From Planctomycetota bacterium (GTDB lineage: Bacteria; Planctomycetota; UBA8108; SXIK01): a stretch of 64,000 nt of DNA. Under the pieces are notes generated by a model, which saw only the letters and a program-made list of their open reading frames with translations, searched no databases and had not been told where the DNA came from. Positions within the stretch are counted from its first letter, which is position 1. Each line of letters opens with the position of its first letter. The position numbers were made by a program, and so were the translations under genes. This document shows, piece after piece, positions 37,497 through 46,336 of the stretch. The stretch covers positions 3,680,001-3,744,000 of the forward strand of contig CBDCXR010000004.1 of the NCBI GenBank assembly GCA_965223845.1. The letters are read 5' to 3'.

Positions 37497-38139
37497 TGCA
37501 GCACTTGGCTCGTAGCAATTGACGGGCTCTGAAGATGCGGACTCGTACGGAGTTTTCGCTGATCCCGAGCAACTCGCTGATCTCCGAGTACGGAAGGTCC
37601 TGGGCATGGCGTAAGAGAAGCGGCTCGCGATAGAGAGGCGGGAGCGCCTCGATCTGCTCGAGAAGAGCCTCGGCCTCCTCTCTCTGCACGAGTCGTTCGT
37701 CCGGTTTCAATCCTGAGTCCTCCCCCTCCAGCTCGTCCGTGAAGACGACCTTGTCGCCGCGGCGGCGCTTTTTTCGGAAGTGATCGCGAAGCAGATTCTC
37801 CGCCGTGCGGTAAAGCCACGCAGAGAACCGCGCCGGATTGCGGAGTCGCGAAAAACCCCGGAGCGCTCGAAGAAGCGACTCCTGGCAGAGATCGTCGACG
37901 ATCTCCGGGTCGCGGATTCGCCCGCGAAACCAGCCGCGGAGCCAGCCCACGTTGTCGTGGACGAGGGATTCGAGCGCGGCCTCGTCTATCCGGCCTCCAC
38001 CCAGTCGGTCGCGATCGCTCGACGCCGGTGACGCGGAGCGCGGTTTGAACGTCCTTCCTCCCGGGGAACTCTCTGGGGTCATCCCCGACGCGCCGGAGAA
38101 CGGGGCCGGCACGCTCAAGCTGTGAGTCGAGTTTTCCAT
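37489..38139 (-). CDS. ECF RNA polymerase sigma factor
   Basis: DDLCQESLLRA, FSAWLYRTAEN, YSEISELLGISENSVRVRIFRAR; ATG 38139 with AAGGA RBS. Confidence 0.92.
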   Translation of the reverse strand: MENSTHSLSVPAPFSGASGMTPESSPGGRTFKPRSASPASSDRDRLGGGRIDEAALESLVHDNVGWLRGWFRGRIRDPEIVDDLCQESLLRALRGFSRLRNPARFSAWLYRTAENLLRDHFRKKRRRGDKVVFTDELEGEDSGLKPDERLVQREEAEALLEQIEALPPLYREPLLLRHAQDLPYSEISELLGISENSVRVRIFRARQLLRAKCCNA

Positions 38140-38149
38140 TGCGTCCTTA

Positions 38150-38177
38150 GAGACGCGCTCGGGCTCCGGCTGTTTCG
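38150..38177 (-). promoter_or_regulatory. Autoregulatory ECF promoter CGAAAC-N16-CGTCTC
   Basis: Directly upstream of RBS and ATG 38139; same motif as 36558-36585. Confidence 0.7.
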
Positions 38178-38439
38178 TGGGCGGCGTGGACATCATCGTA
38201 AATATTATCGGAAAAGGAACTTACGTCAATCGCCAGTGTGCTCGAGGGCCGAAATCATCCCCGGGGAATGACCCGACAAAGAGATAAGGGCCGTCTTGGC
38301 GCCCCGCTGAATCTCGGTCGGCCCCGCTGCGGTCGACGCCGTCCAAGTTCGCGACATCGCCCTTCCGCGCGCGAATTCGCCTAAGAGCCCGCCCCCACTC
38401 GACGACCTCACGATAGCGACGGTGACCTCGAGGAACGAC

Positions 38440-39009
38440 ATGACGGATCAGGATCTCCTGAGATCGTTCGCCGATCGGGCGGACGTGCAGTCTCTCGATC
38501 TGTTCATCCAGCGCTATCAAACTCCGCTCCTTCGCTTCGCGACCAAGTTCCTGGGCGATCGGGACGCGGCGTTCGATGTCGTGCAGGAGACGTTCCTTCA
38601 GGTCGCCGAGCGACCGGCAAAACTCTTCGGCGTCGAGAGCTGTCACAACTGGTTACTCCGCGTCGCGCGCAACATCGGAATCGATCACTTGCGCCGAAAG
38701 CGGACCCGGCGCGAGCACCAGTCGCGTGTCGCCGCTCACACGGCGGGTGTCCGCACCGGAGCCGACGAGAGCGACCGGCCCACCGCGGCGATCGAACGGA
38801 GTGAAATCCGCCGCGAAGTGCGCGCGGAAATCGATCGGCTCAAGCCGCGCTACCGAGAGCTTCTGCTCCTCAAGGTCGTCGAAGAAAAATCCTACAAGGA
38901 GATCGCAGAGATCACTGGACTCACGGCCACGAACGTCGGCTATCTGCTCCACAAGGCGATGAAGATCCTCACGGAGAGACTCCAACGCCGGCGGGAGGAC
39001 CTCGAATGA
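38440..39009 (+). CDS. ECF RNA polymerase sigma factor
   Basis: DVVQETFL, NWLLRVARNIGIDHLR, SYKEIAEITGLTATNVGYLLHKA; alternative GTG start at 38422. Confidence 0.92.
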   Translation: MTDQDLLRSFADRADVQSLDLFIQRYQTPLLRFATKFLGDRDAAFDVVQETFLQVAERPAKLFGVESCHNWLLRVARNIGIDHLRRKRTRREHQSRVAAHTAGVRTGADESDRPTAAIERSEIRREVRAEIDRLKPRYRELLLLKVVEEKSYKEIAEITGLTATNVGYLLHKAMKILTERLQRRREDLE

Positions 39010-42000
39010 ACAGACGAACTCGGCGAGACGAGACCGCGGGCGGACGGACACGCCAGGGGGGAAGGGGCTCGCTCCGCCACTCGGAGTACCTCCTCACCGC
39101 TTACCTCTTCGGCGACATTTCGCGCGCCGGCCGCGCGGAGGTCGAGCGCGAGCTCGCATCTTCGGATGAGCTTCAAGCCGAGTACGAAGCTCTCGCCGCG
39201 ACGCGCGACCTCGTCCGCGATGCGCTGCTCGCACCGGAAGAGTGTGAGGACGACGGATCGGCCGACGACGGGACCGGAGAATCCGCCGGGAAGGGCGATC
39301 CGCCATCGTTCGCCGCCGAGCGCTTTCAAGTTCTCGCGACTCAGCGCCGCGCGAAGCGGCGCCGTGCTCGCCAAGTCACGCTCGCGAGCGTCGCGAGTGT
39401 CGCCGCGACGATCGTCGTCGCGGGATTGCTCTTTCCGACCCTCCAGAGCGGGCGGGACGAGAGCTACCGCTATCTTCAGACGGAGCCGGCGGCGTCCACT
39501 CCCGCGACGGTCGCAAGCGCGGACGTCGACGAGTATCTAGTGGCACCGGCGAGAGCTGGCGGCAAGCCGGGAAAATCGAAACGGGCCCGCGGCGAGGGTG
39601 CCGTCGGGGTCAACCGCGCGACTGGCTTCCAGGCCGTCGCGGGATCGGACAATCGTGGACTCGGCGAAGTCGAGGACGTCGAGTTCTACGATGTCGAAAC
39701 CCCCGCCATCTCGAATGTCTCACGCGCCGCGCCGAAGCTCCAAGAGTTCGACGAGAAAGGAATCGAGCTCGCCGCCGGCACGGAACTCTCCGGCGCGGTC
39801 GGCCTGCGCGAGTCGAAGAAGAACTCCGCGCCGGCGGACGGAGACCGGAACTCGCGAATCACCGCCGACGACGGCAAGCGATCGTCCGCCCGCGCGCCGC
39901 TGAGCCGAGAGCCTCGCCCCGACGCGAAAGACGACTGGTTCGAGCGCGAGGCCGACGACGCGGACGACGACTTCGCGGCTGGCGCCGCGAGCGACCTCAG
40001 CTACTACCGGCGCGATAGCGCGCCGGAATCGTCCGTGGCGCCGCCTCCTCCTACCGGGATTCACGTGCCCGTACAGAAACGCAAACGGGAGCAGCACGCT
40101 CCGTTGAAGGACGAGCTGGCCGGGGCGGATCAGCAAGGTCGGGCCGCAGGAGGCCAGCGAGGCCAAAGCACACTCGAGCTCGAGTCGCGGACGAGGACCA
40201 CGGAGAAGGCGCCGGAACTGGAAGGCCGAGAGAGCGCCCGCCAGTACATGGTCGTCCGGCCCCCGCCGGACGAGGTTTCGGCCGAAGTTCCCCTCGGAAC
40301 GGACTTCGACTCGCTCTCCAACAACCGCGTCGAGCGCGATCCCAACGAAGCGAGTTCCCGTTGGGGCACTCGCGGCGCCGGAGCCGGTCGTCGACTCGGC
40401 GGTGGTGAGGGCGGTGGCGGCGGCGTGCGGAACTTCTCGACGCCGCGTCAGGTCGAACGTTCTCTCGGCGGCGAAGCGCTCGTCGCCGACCTCGGGGTCA
40501 CGAAGCAGGGCGCCGCCGAAGTCACGGACGAATCCGGTGTGGACGGCGGCGCCGCCGGGGCCAGGGTCGATCGGATCCGGGGGCGTGGCGTTGCCGAGCG
40601 AGAGCTCGAGCGTTTCGGGGTGGAGAAGCAGCTCGAAGAGCAGCTCCGGCAGGTTCCGAACGCACGAGACATCGCGCAGCTCAAAGAGCTCCGCGCGAAG
40701 AAGCCTGCGCTCCGGAGCGAGACGGAAGAAGATGTAACTCGGTTTGACGATCGCTTAGCGGCCACCAACGAGGAAAAGGCCGAAGCGGAGCCTTCGAAGG
40801 CGAATGACGGACTCTACGACTCGAGTCCGTCCTCCGGCGAAGCCCGCGCGAAAAACGACGCACTCGCGATTTCCGCCCAGAGCCGGGCCGGCGGACGCGA
40901 GGCGCCGGACGCGTCGACCCTCGTCGTTCGAGCGGCGGAGCTCGCAGACCTTCCCGAGCTCGGACGCCAGTTCACCGGTGTTCACGGTTCCTGGGCGTAC
41001 CGGCCGATCGACGACGGGCGCCACCTGTGGCCGCGCTACGAAGGGAAGCGCTCTGCTGAGAGCGAACGCCTCCTCCGCGGCTTCCGCTACTACCGATCGC
41101 TCGACCAGCAGCTCACGTTCGGGAACTACGCCACGCAGCTCGAGGGCGGACGCGCGCTCGTCGTCCCCGCCCCGTCGATCGGCGACGAGGGTCTCGGGCG
41201 CGATGGCTTCCGCGTGCGCTACGGCGTGAACCCGTTCGTAGAAACAACTCGCGATCGCCAGTCCACCTTCTCGATGGACGTCGACACCGCGTCGTTTACG
41301 CGAGCTCGAGAGCGTCTTCGCGCCGGGACGCTTCCCGATCCTTCGACCGTTCGCGTCGAAGAGTTCGTCAACTACTTCCCGAGCGCTTGCGGCGGCGACA
41401 GTGAGCGTCCGTTCGCGATCTGCGTCTCGGGTGGACCAGCGCCGTTCGGCGAGGGCCTCGACCTCCTCCGCGTGACGATCAAGGCCCGCGAGCTCCGGCC
41501 CGACGAGCGACCGCGTGTCGTCCTCACGCTAGCGGTGGACACCTCGGGATCGATGCACTCGGAGCGAAGCTTCGATCTCGCTCGCACCGCGCTCGCATCG
41601 CTCGTCGAAGCGCTCGAACCGGACGATCAGATCGGAATCGTCGCCTACAACACGAGCGCCTACGTCGTTCTCCCGCACACACCGGTGCGCGAAGCGAAGC
41701 GCATCGCAGGAGCGCTCGACGCCCTCGTCCCGCGTGGCGGCACCAATCTCGAAAACGGTCTCAGCCTCGCCTACCGCCTCGCGGACGAGGTCCGGCGGCC
41801 GCGCGCGATCAACCGCGTCATTCTCTGCTCGGACGGAGTCTCGAACGTCGGCGCGCGCGAGCCGGAGGAAGTTCTCGCCAAGGTGAAAGTCTACGCAAAG
41901 CGCGGAATCTATCTCTCCGTCGTCGGTTTCGGCGGGAAGAAGTACAACGACCGCTTCCTCGAGCGCATCTCAGGCGAAGGGAACGGCAACTACTCGTACG

Positions 42001-42581
42001 TCTCCACCCCGGACGAAGCCGAGCAGGTCTTCGTCCGCGATCTGCCGGCGACGCTCCACGTGCTCGCCGAAGACGCGAAGATCCAGGTTGAGTTCGACGA
42101 AGACGTCGTCCGGCGCTATCGCCTTCTCGGCTACGAGAACCGCGACATCGCCGACCGGGATTTCCGCAATGACCGCGTCGACGCGGCGGAGGTTGGACCC
42201 GGGACGACGGTGACCGCGCTCTACGAAATCGAGCGTCGTCCGGGAGGTCACGGCGCGCTCGGTCGCGTTTTCATTCGCTACCGCGACGCCGCGACCCGTC
42301 AGATCGACGAGCAGTCGACGCCGCTTCCACCCGGCGTGCTCGCAGCGGCGGCGGGCGACATCGATCCGTCGCTTCTCTTCATCGCCTGCGCGGCGGAAAC
42401 GGCAGAGCTGCTCCGACAGAGCTACTGGGCGCAGAACGGATCTTTCGCGGACGTCCTCCAAGTGCTCGGCGGGCTCGATGAATCCTTCCGGACCCGGAGG
42501 GAGTGGCACGAGCTCATCGAGCTCCTCGTCCTCGCGCACAACCTCACGGTGCGGGGCATCCTCAGCGAGGTCGGCCGATGA
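39006..42581 (+). CDS. Anti-sigma-like TM protein fused to a YfbK-type VWA module (vWF_A, VWA, DUF3520)
   Basis: N-terminal LLTAYLFGDISRAGRAEVERELA, TM, long low-complexity linker, NPFVET..STFSMDVDTASF, MIDAS DTSGSM, YRLLGYENR..DFRNDRVDAAEVG. Confidence 0.85.
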   Translation: MNRRTRRDETAGGRTRQGGRGSLRHSEYLLTAYLFGDISRAGRAEVERELASSDELQAEYEALAATRDLVRDALLAPEECEDDGSADDGTGESAGKGDPPSFAAERFQVLATQRRAKRRRARQVTLASVASVAATIVVAGLLFPTLQSGRDESYRYLQTEPAASTPATVASADVDEYLVAPARAGGKPGKSKRARGEGAVGVNRATGFQAVAGSDNRGLGEVEDVEFYDVETPAISNVSRAAPKLQEFDEKGIELAAGTELSGAVGLRESKKNSAPADGDRNSRITADDGKRSSARAPLSREPRPDAKDDWFEREADDADDDFAAGAASDLSYYRRDSAPESSVAPPPPTGIHVPVQKRKREQHAPLKDELAGADQQGRAAGGQRGQSTLELESRTRTTEKAPELEGRESARQYMVVRPPPDEVSAEVPLGTDFDSLSNNRVERDPNEASSRWGTRGAGAGRRLGGGEGGGGGVRNFSTPRQVERSLGGEALVADLGVTKQGAAEVTDESGVDGGAAGARVDRIRGRGVAERELERFGVEKQLEEQLRQVPNARDIAQLKELRAKKPALRSETEEDVTRFDDRLAATNEEKAEAEPSKANDGLYDSSPSSGEARAKNDALAISAQSRAGGREAPDASTLVVRAAELADLPELGRQFTGVHGSWAYRPIDDGRHLWPRYEGKRSAESERLLRGFRYYRSLDQQLTFGNYATQLEGGRALVVPAPSIGDEGLGRDGFRVRYGVNPFVETTRDRQSTFSMDVDTASFTRARERLRAGTLPDPSTVRVEEFVNYFPSACGGDSERPFAICVSGGPAPFGEGLDLLRVTIKARELRPDERPRVVLTLAVDTSGSMHSERSFDLARTALASLVEALEPDDQIGIVAYNTSAYVVLPHTPVREAKRIAGALDALVPRGGTNLENGLSLAYRLADEVRRPRAINRVILCSDGVSNVGAREPEEVLAKVKVYAKRGIYLSVVGFGGKKYNDRFLERISGEGNGNYSYVSTPDEAEQVFVRDLPATLHVLAEDAKIQVEFDEDVVRRYRLLGYENRDIADRDFRNDRVDAAEVGPGTTVTALYEIERRPGGHGALGRVFIRYRDAATRQIDEQSTPLPPGVLAAAAGDIDPSLLFIACAAETAELLRQSYWAQNGSFADVLQVLGGLDESFRTRREWHELIELLVLAHNLTVRGILSEVGR

Positions 42582-42811
42582 TCCGGCGGCAAGTGGAACG
42601 GAGCGACCATCCCAGCGGCGTTCTGCGCCGCGTCGTTGTTCGTGACGCGTCCGTTACACACGACGACCGAATCTCGTTGTCTCATCCGATGAGGGCCGGA
42701 CGCTCGTCCCGTACCGCGGCCGCGCACAGCGAATCGATCGCCGCACCGTCAAGCACTGCACCAGAACCACGAATCAAGATACACCGAGAGCGAACTCAGA
42801 GGAGTCCCACC

Positions 42812-45800
42812 ATGCGTCTCTCCGCTGCGTCGAAGCCTACCGTTCCCGCGGCGATCGCGATGGCGATTGCTGCCCTCCTCTTTGCGCTCCCGGCGCAGGC
42901 GCAAGAGCCTCCTTCCGATGCGCCGCCGGAACCCACACCAGCGGCCGAGGAAGGCACTACCGAAACTTCCGAAGTACCGGACGCTACCGCCATCGATCGT
43001 CTCCGCGAAAAGACGATCTACGTTCCCTACGAAAAGCTCGAGGAGGTCTTTGAGAAGGAGGGGCGCGGGATCTTTCTTCCTTACGAAGAGTTCCTGAAGC
43101 TCTGGGCGAGCTCGCTTCCGAAGCCGCCGACGCCCGAGAAGCCGACGCTTCCGGCCGCGGCGGTCATCCGTTCCGCCGCGTACGTCGGAACCGTCGAGGG
43201 TGAAGCGGCTCGTCTCACCGCGACGTATCAGCTCGAAGCCCTCGCGGAGGGATTCAGCGAGATCGCGCTTCCGCTCGATCGCGTCGCCGTCGAGTCGATC
43301 ACCCTTTCGGATGATCGCGCCCTCCTCGTTGCGACCGGCGGAGGATACGCGGCGATCCTCCCGGGTCCGGGACGGTACGAAGCGAAGCTCGAGATCTCCG
43401 CTCGGGTCACCAAAGAGCCCGGCAAGAAGTCGGTCGCTTTCGGAATCCCGCCGACGGCACTGTCGCGCCTCGAGCTAACGATCGCCGAGGCGGGCGCTCG
43501 CGTGAGTGTCGATCCCGCCGCGGCCGTTCACCAAGTGACGCACGAAGCCGAAACCACGAAGCTCGTCACCTTCCTCGGCAACTCGCCGACCGTCGCGGTC
43601 GAATGGCTGCCTCCCGCGGGTGCCTCGCGCGAAGAGGGCGCGGTCCTCGTCGCGGAGCAAGCGATCCACACCCACCTCGGTGAGCGGGTCCTCACGACGT
43701 CGTCGACGATCACGTACTCGATCATCCGCGGCGAAGAAAGCACGTTTCGCGTGCGCATCCCCGAGGGAATGCGACTCCTCTCCGTGCGCGGAGAGAACAT
43801 CCGCGAGTGGTCGCCGGTCGACGAGGACGGCGCATCGTTCGTCGACGTGGAGTTGCACGGCCCCGTTCAAGGAGCTTACGCGCTCGAGCTTCGCTTCACG
43901 CGCATCCTCGCCGAAACGCCGGAGACGCTCGCGATTCCGTTTCCCCGCGCCGAGCGAGTGCTCCGGGAGTCGGGGCACGTCGTCCTTGGACACGAGAGCG
44001 ATCTCCACGTTCGCGTCACCAACACGACGGGGCTCAGTCAGCTCGACCCCGGCGAGATTCCACCGTCTCTTCGGAATCACAAAGGCGTCGGCTTCGAGTA
44101 CCTCGCCCATCCGCTCGCGCTCGAGCTCGCCGTAGAGCGCATCCTTCCGGTCGTCCGCGCGAATACCGTATCGGTGATTTCGCTCGGAACGGAAGAGGAC
44201 ACGTGGATGGGTTGGGTCGACTACACCATCACGAAAGCCGGACTCTTCCGTCTCGAGATGCGCGTCCCCGAGCGGTGGAGCGTCGCGAGCATCGGCGCGC
44301 CGAATACGGTCGACGAGGACTTCCAAGTCGGCGATCCGACCGATGGGAAGAAGACGATCACCGTCAGTCTCCGCGCAAAGGCGCTCGGCGCGTTTCGTCT
44401 GCCGTTTCGTTTTACCGCAGAAGGTTCCGTGCGCCAGAGCGGCGAACGCTCCGTGTCGCCTCCGGAAATCCTCGGCGTCGAGCAGGACCGCGGCCTCCTC
44501 GGCGTGAGCACGCCGCGCGCCTACGATCTCGTCACGGTGAGCAAGGCCGGAACGCTCGACGCCGACGTCGACGATCTCTTCCGCTCGGGAATCATGAGTC
44601 AGCTCGGTTCGGAGACTGGCGTCCCGCGGGCGTACCGCTACCGCGCTCAGCCCGCCGCGGCGACGGTCTCCGTAACAGCGAAGAACACCGAGATCGACGT
44701 CCTCGCGCAGCACCTCGTCGAGGTCGCCGACAGCGCGATCACGACCACGCACGTTCTCGACTACAACATCCTCTACGCTGCCGTCGACACGCTTCGATTC
44801 ACTGCACCGGCGACGCTCGAGAACGTTTCGGAGAAGGTGCAATCGGAACACTTGAAGGAACTCCGATCGGTGTCGACCGAGGGCGGCATCACCACCTGGG
44901 AGCTCACGCTCCAATCGCCGACGCTCGGCGGGGTCAGCGTGACTCTCACGCACGAAATCGACCTCAACGCGCTCGAGTCGGGCCGTCCGGTCGAGAACTC
45001 GATTCCGCTCGTTCACGCGACCGACGTGCGCGCGGAGCGCGGCTTCGTCGCGATTCAAAAGAGTGGCACGCTCGAGATCGTCGCGACGACCGCGGAGATG
45101 GAGTCGATCGATCCGACGGATCTCCCGGAGAAGCTCCGGCGCGGCTCGATCTACAGCGCGTTTCGCTATCTCGCCGAGAATCCGACGATCAGCCTGCGGC
45201 TCACTCAGTACGAATACGAGACGCTCGCGACGACGGTGGTCAACCTCATTCACATCCGGAGCGTGCTCACGCCCGAGCGGGAGCTGAAAACGCAGGCCAC
45301 TCTCGTCGTCCAAAACACGGATCGCCAATACCTCGAAATGCGTCTCGCACCGGGCGCGGAGATCTTCTCGCTTCGCGTCGCGGGAAAGACGCAGCCGCCG
45401 AACAAACGGCGGAAGGACACGGACCACCGCCTCATTCCTCTTCCCCACGGAACGGGAACCGGCGCGAGTTTCCCGGTCGTTCTCTCCTACTCCGAGCCGC
45501 TCGGCAGCGAAGCCCTCGGCGCGTTCGGAGAGCTCGAGCTATCGACGCTCGAGATCCTCGGTGACGTGCCGGTCGCGCGTGTCGAGGTCGACCTCTACCT
45601 TCCGCCGGACTACGCGTATCTCTGGTGGCGCGGCAACCTCGGTCGCTACGCGATGCCGGGCCTCTGGCCGAGCTTCAAGGGATTCGTCGCACAGTTCACC
45701 GACACGGCCCACGCCGTCGGCCGCCCAGCCACGCCGACGCCCCCACCGGTCGGCGCGACTCCGCCCGACGCTGTCGCGCTGGAGCTCCCCGTGCGCGACC

Positions 45801-46336
45801 TCGAACCGATTCGCTTCGAGACGCTTTCGCCCCAGGGCAAGCTTCGCTTCGCGTTTGTCGGGCGCCGCCTCTTCACGTTCGCCGAACTCGCCGCGTTCGT
45901 GCTCGCGTTCGGGATCGGCCTCTTCTTCATTCGCAAAGCTCGCTGCTCCGCCACGAAGACCTGCGCCGCACTGATCTTGATTCCGCTAGTCGCTGGCTGG
46001 TTCACGACGAGCGCCGTCGCGGAGGTCTACACGTCGGTGTTCGCCGGAGGCGTCCTTCTCGCGTTCGTCGTAATCGTTCAGAGCATGGCGAGCGGCGTTC
46101 GCGCCTTCCGCGAACGTCGGCGCGCGCTCGCACCCGATCCGTTCCTCGAGGATGTCGAGGACGAGGGCGGGGCAGACGAAACGACGCCCGATAGCGACCC
46201 GCGCGACACTCCTGCCGGCGGCGAGCCCGCATCTCCCAGCGCGGAAACGCCCGATGCGCCCGCCAAGCCGGCGACAGACGCCAAGGACGATCCAACGGAA
46301 CGCCTCCCGAAGCCGGGCGAGGAGGGACTCTCGTGA
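42812..46336 (+). CDS. Large exported membrane protein of unknown function (module copy 1)
   Basis: GAGGAG RBS, signal peptide AQA-QE, about 1000 aa beta-rich region, 3 C-terminal TMs, acidic tail. Confidence 0.85.
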   Translation: MRLSAASKPTVPAAIAMAIAALLFALPAQAQEPPSDAPPEPTPAAEEGTTETSEVPDATAIDRLREKTIYVPYEKLEEVFEKEGRGIFLPYEEFLKLWASSLPKPPTPEKPTLPAAAVIRSAAYVGTVEGEAARLTATYQLEALAEGFSEIALPLDRVAVESITLSDDRALLVATGGGYAAILPGPGRYEAKLEISARVTKEPGKKSVAFGIPPTALSRLELTIAEAGARVSVDPAAAVHQVTHEAETTKLVTFLGNSPTVAVEWLPPAGASREEGAVLVAEQAIHTHLGERVLTTSSTITYSIIRGEESTFRVRIPEGMRLLSVRGENIREWSPVDEDGASFVDVELHGPVQGAYALELRFTRILAETPETLAIPFPRAERVLRESGHVVLGHESDLHVRVTNTTGLSQLDPGEIPPSLRNHKGVGFEYLAHPLALELAVERILPVVRANTVSVISLGTEEDTWMGWVDYTITKAGLFRLEMRVPERWSVASIGAPNTVDEDFQVGDPTDGKKTITVSLRAKALGAFRLPFRFTAEGSVRQSGERSVSPPEILGVEQDRGLLGVSTPRAYDLVTVSKAGTLDADVDDLFRSGIMSQLGSETGVPRAYRYRAQPAAATVSVTAKNTEIDVLAQHLVEVADSAITTTHVLDYNILYAAVDTLRFTAPATLENVSEKVQSEHLKELRSVSTEGGITTWELTLQSPTLGGVSVTLTHEIDLNALESGRPVENSIPLVHATDVRAERGFVAIQKSGTLEIVATTAEMESIDPTDLPEKLRRGSIYSAFRYLAENPTISLRLTQYEYETLATTVVNLIHIRSVLTPERELKTQATLVVQNTDRQYLEMRLAPGAEIFSLRVAGKTQPPNKRRKDTDHRLIPLPHGTGTGASFPVVLSYSEPLGSEALGAFGELELSTLEILGDVPVARVEVDLYLPPDYAYLWWRGNLGRYAMPGLWPSFKGFVAQFTDTAHAVGRPATPTPPPVGATPPDAVALELPVRDLEPIRFETLSPQGKLRFAFVGRRLFTFAELAAFVLAFGIGLFFIRKARCSATKTCAALILIPLVAGWFTTSAVAEVYTSVFAGGVLLAFVVIVQSMASGVRAFRERRRALAPDPFLEDVEDEGGADETTPDSDPRDTPAGGEPASPSAETPDAPAKPATDAKDDPTERLPKPGEEGLS

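Noticed and set aside
42653-42683. GTTAC-N17-CGTT ECF-like promoter before the giant genes
   Set aside because: No matching copy seen upstream of the cognate sigma at 38440; too weak on its own
42503-42811. N-terminal extension of the first giant ORF given in the track
   Set aside because: RBS and signal peptide point to ATG 42812
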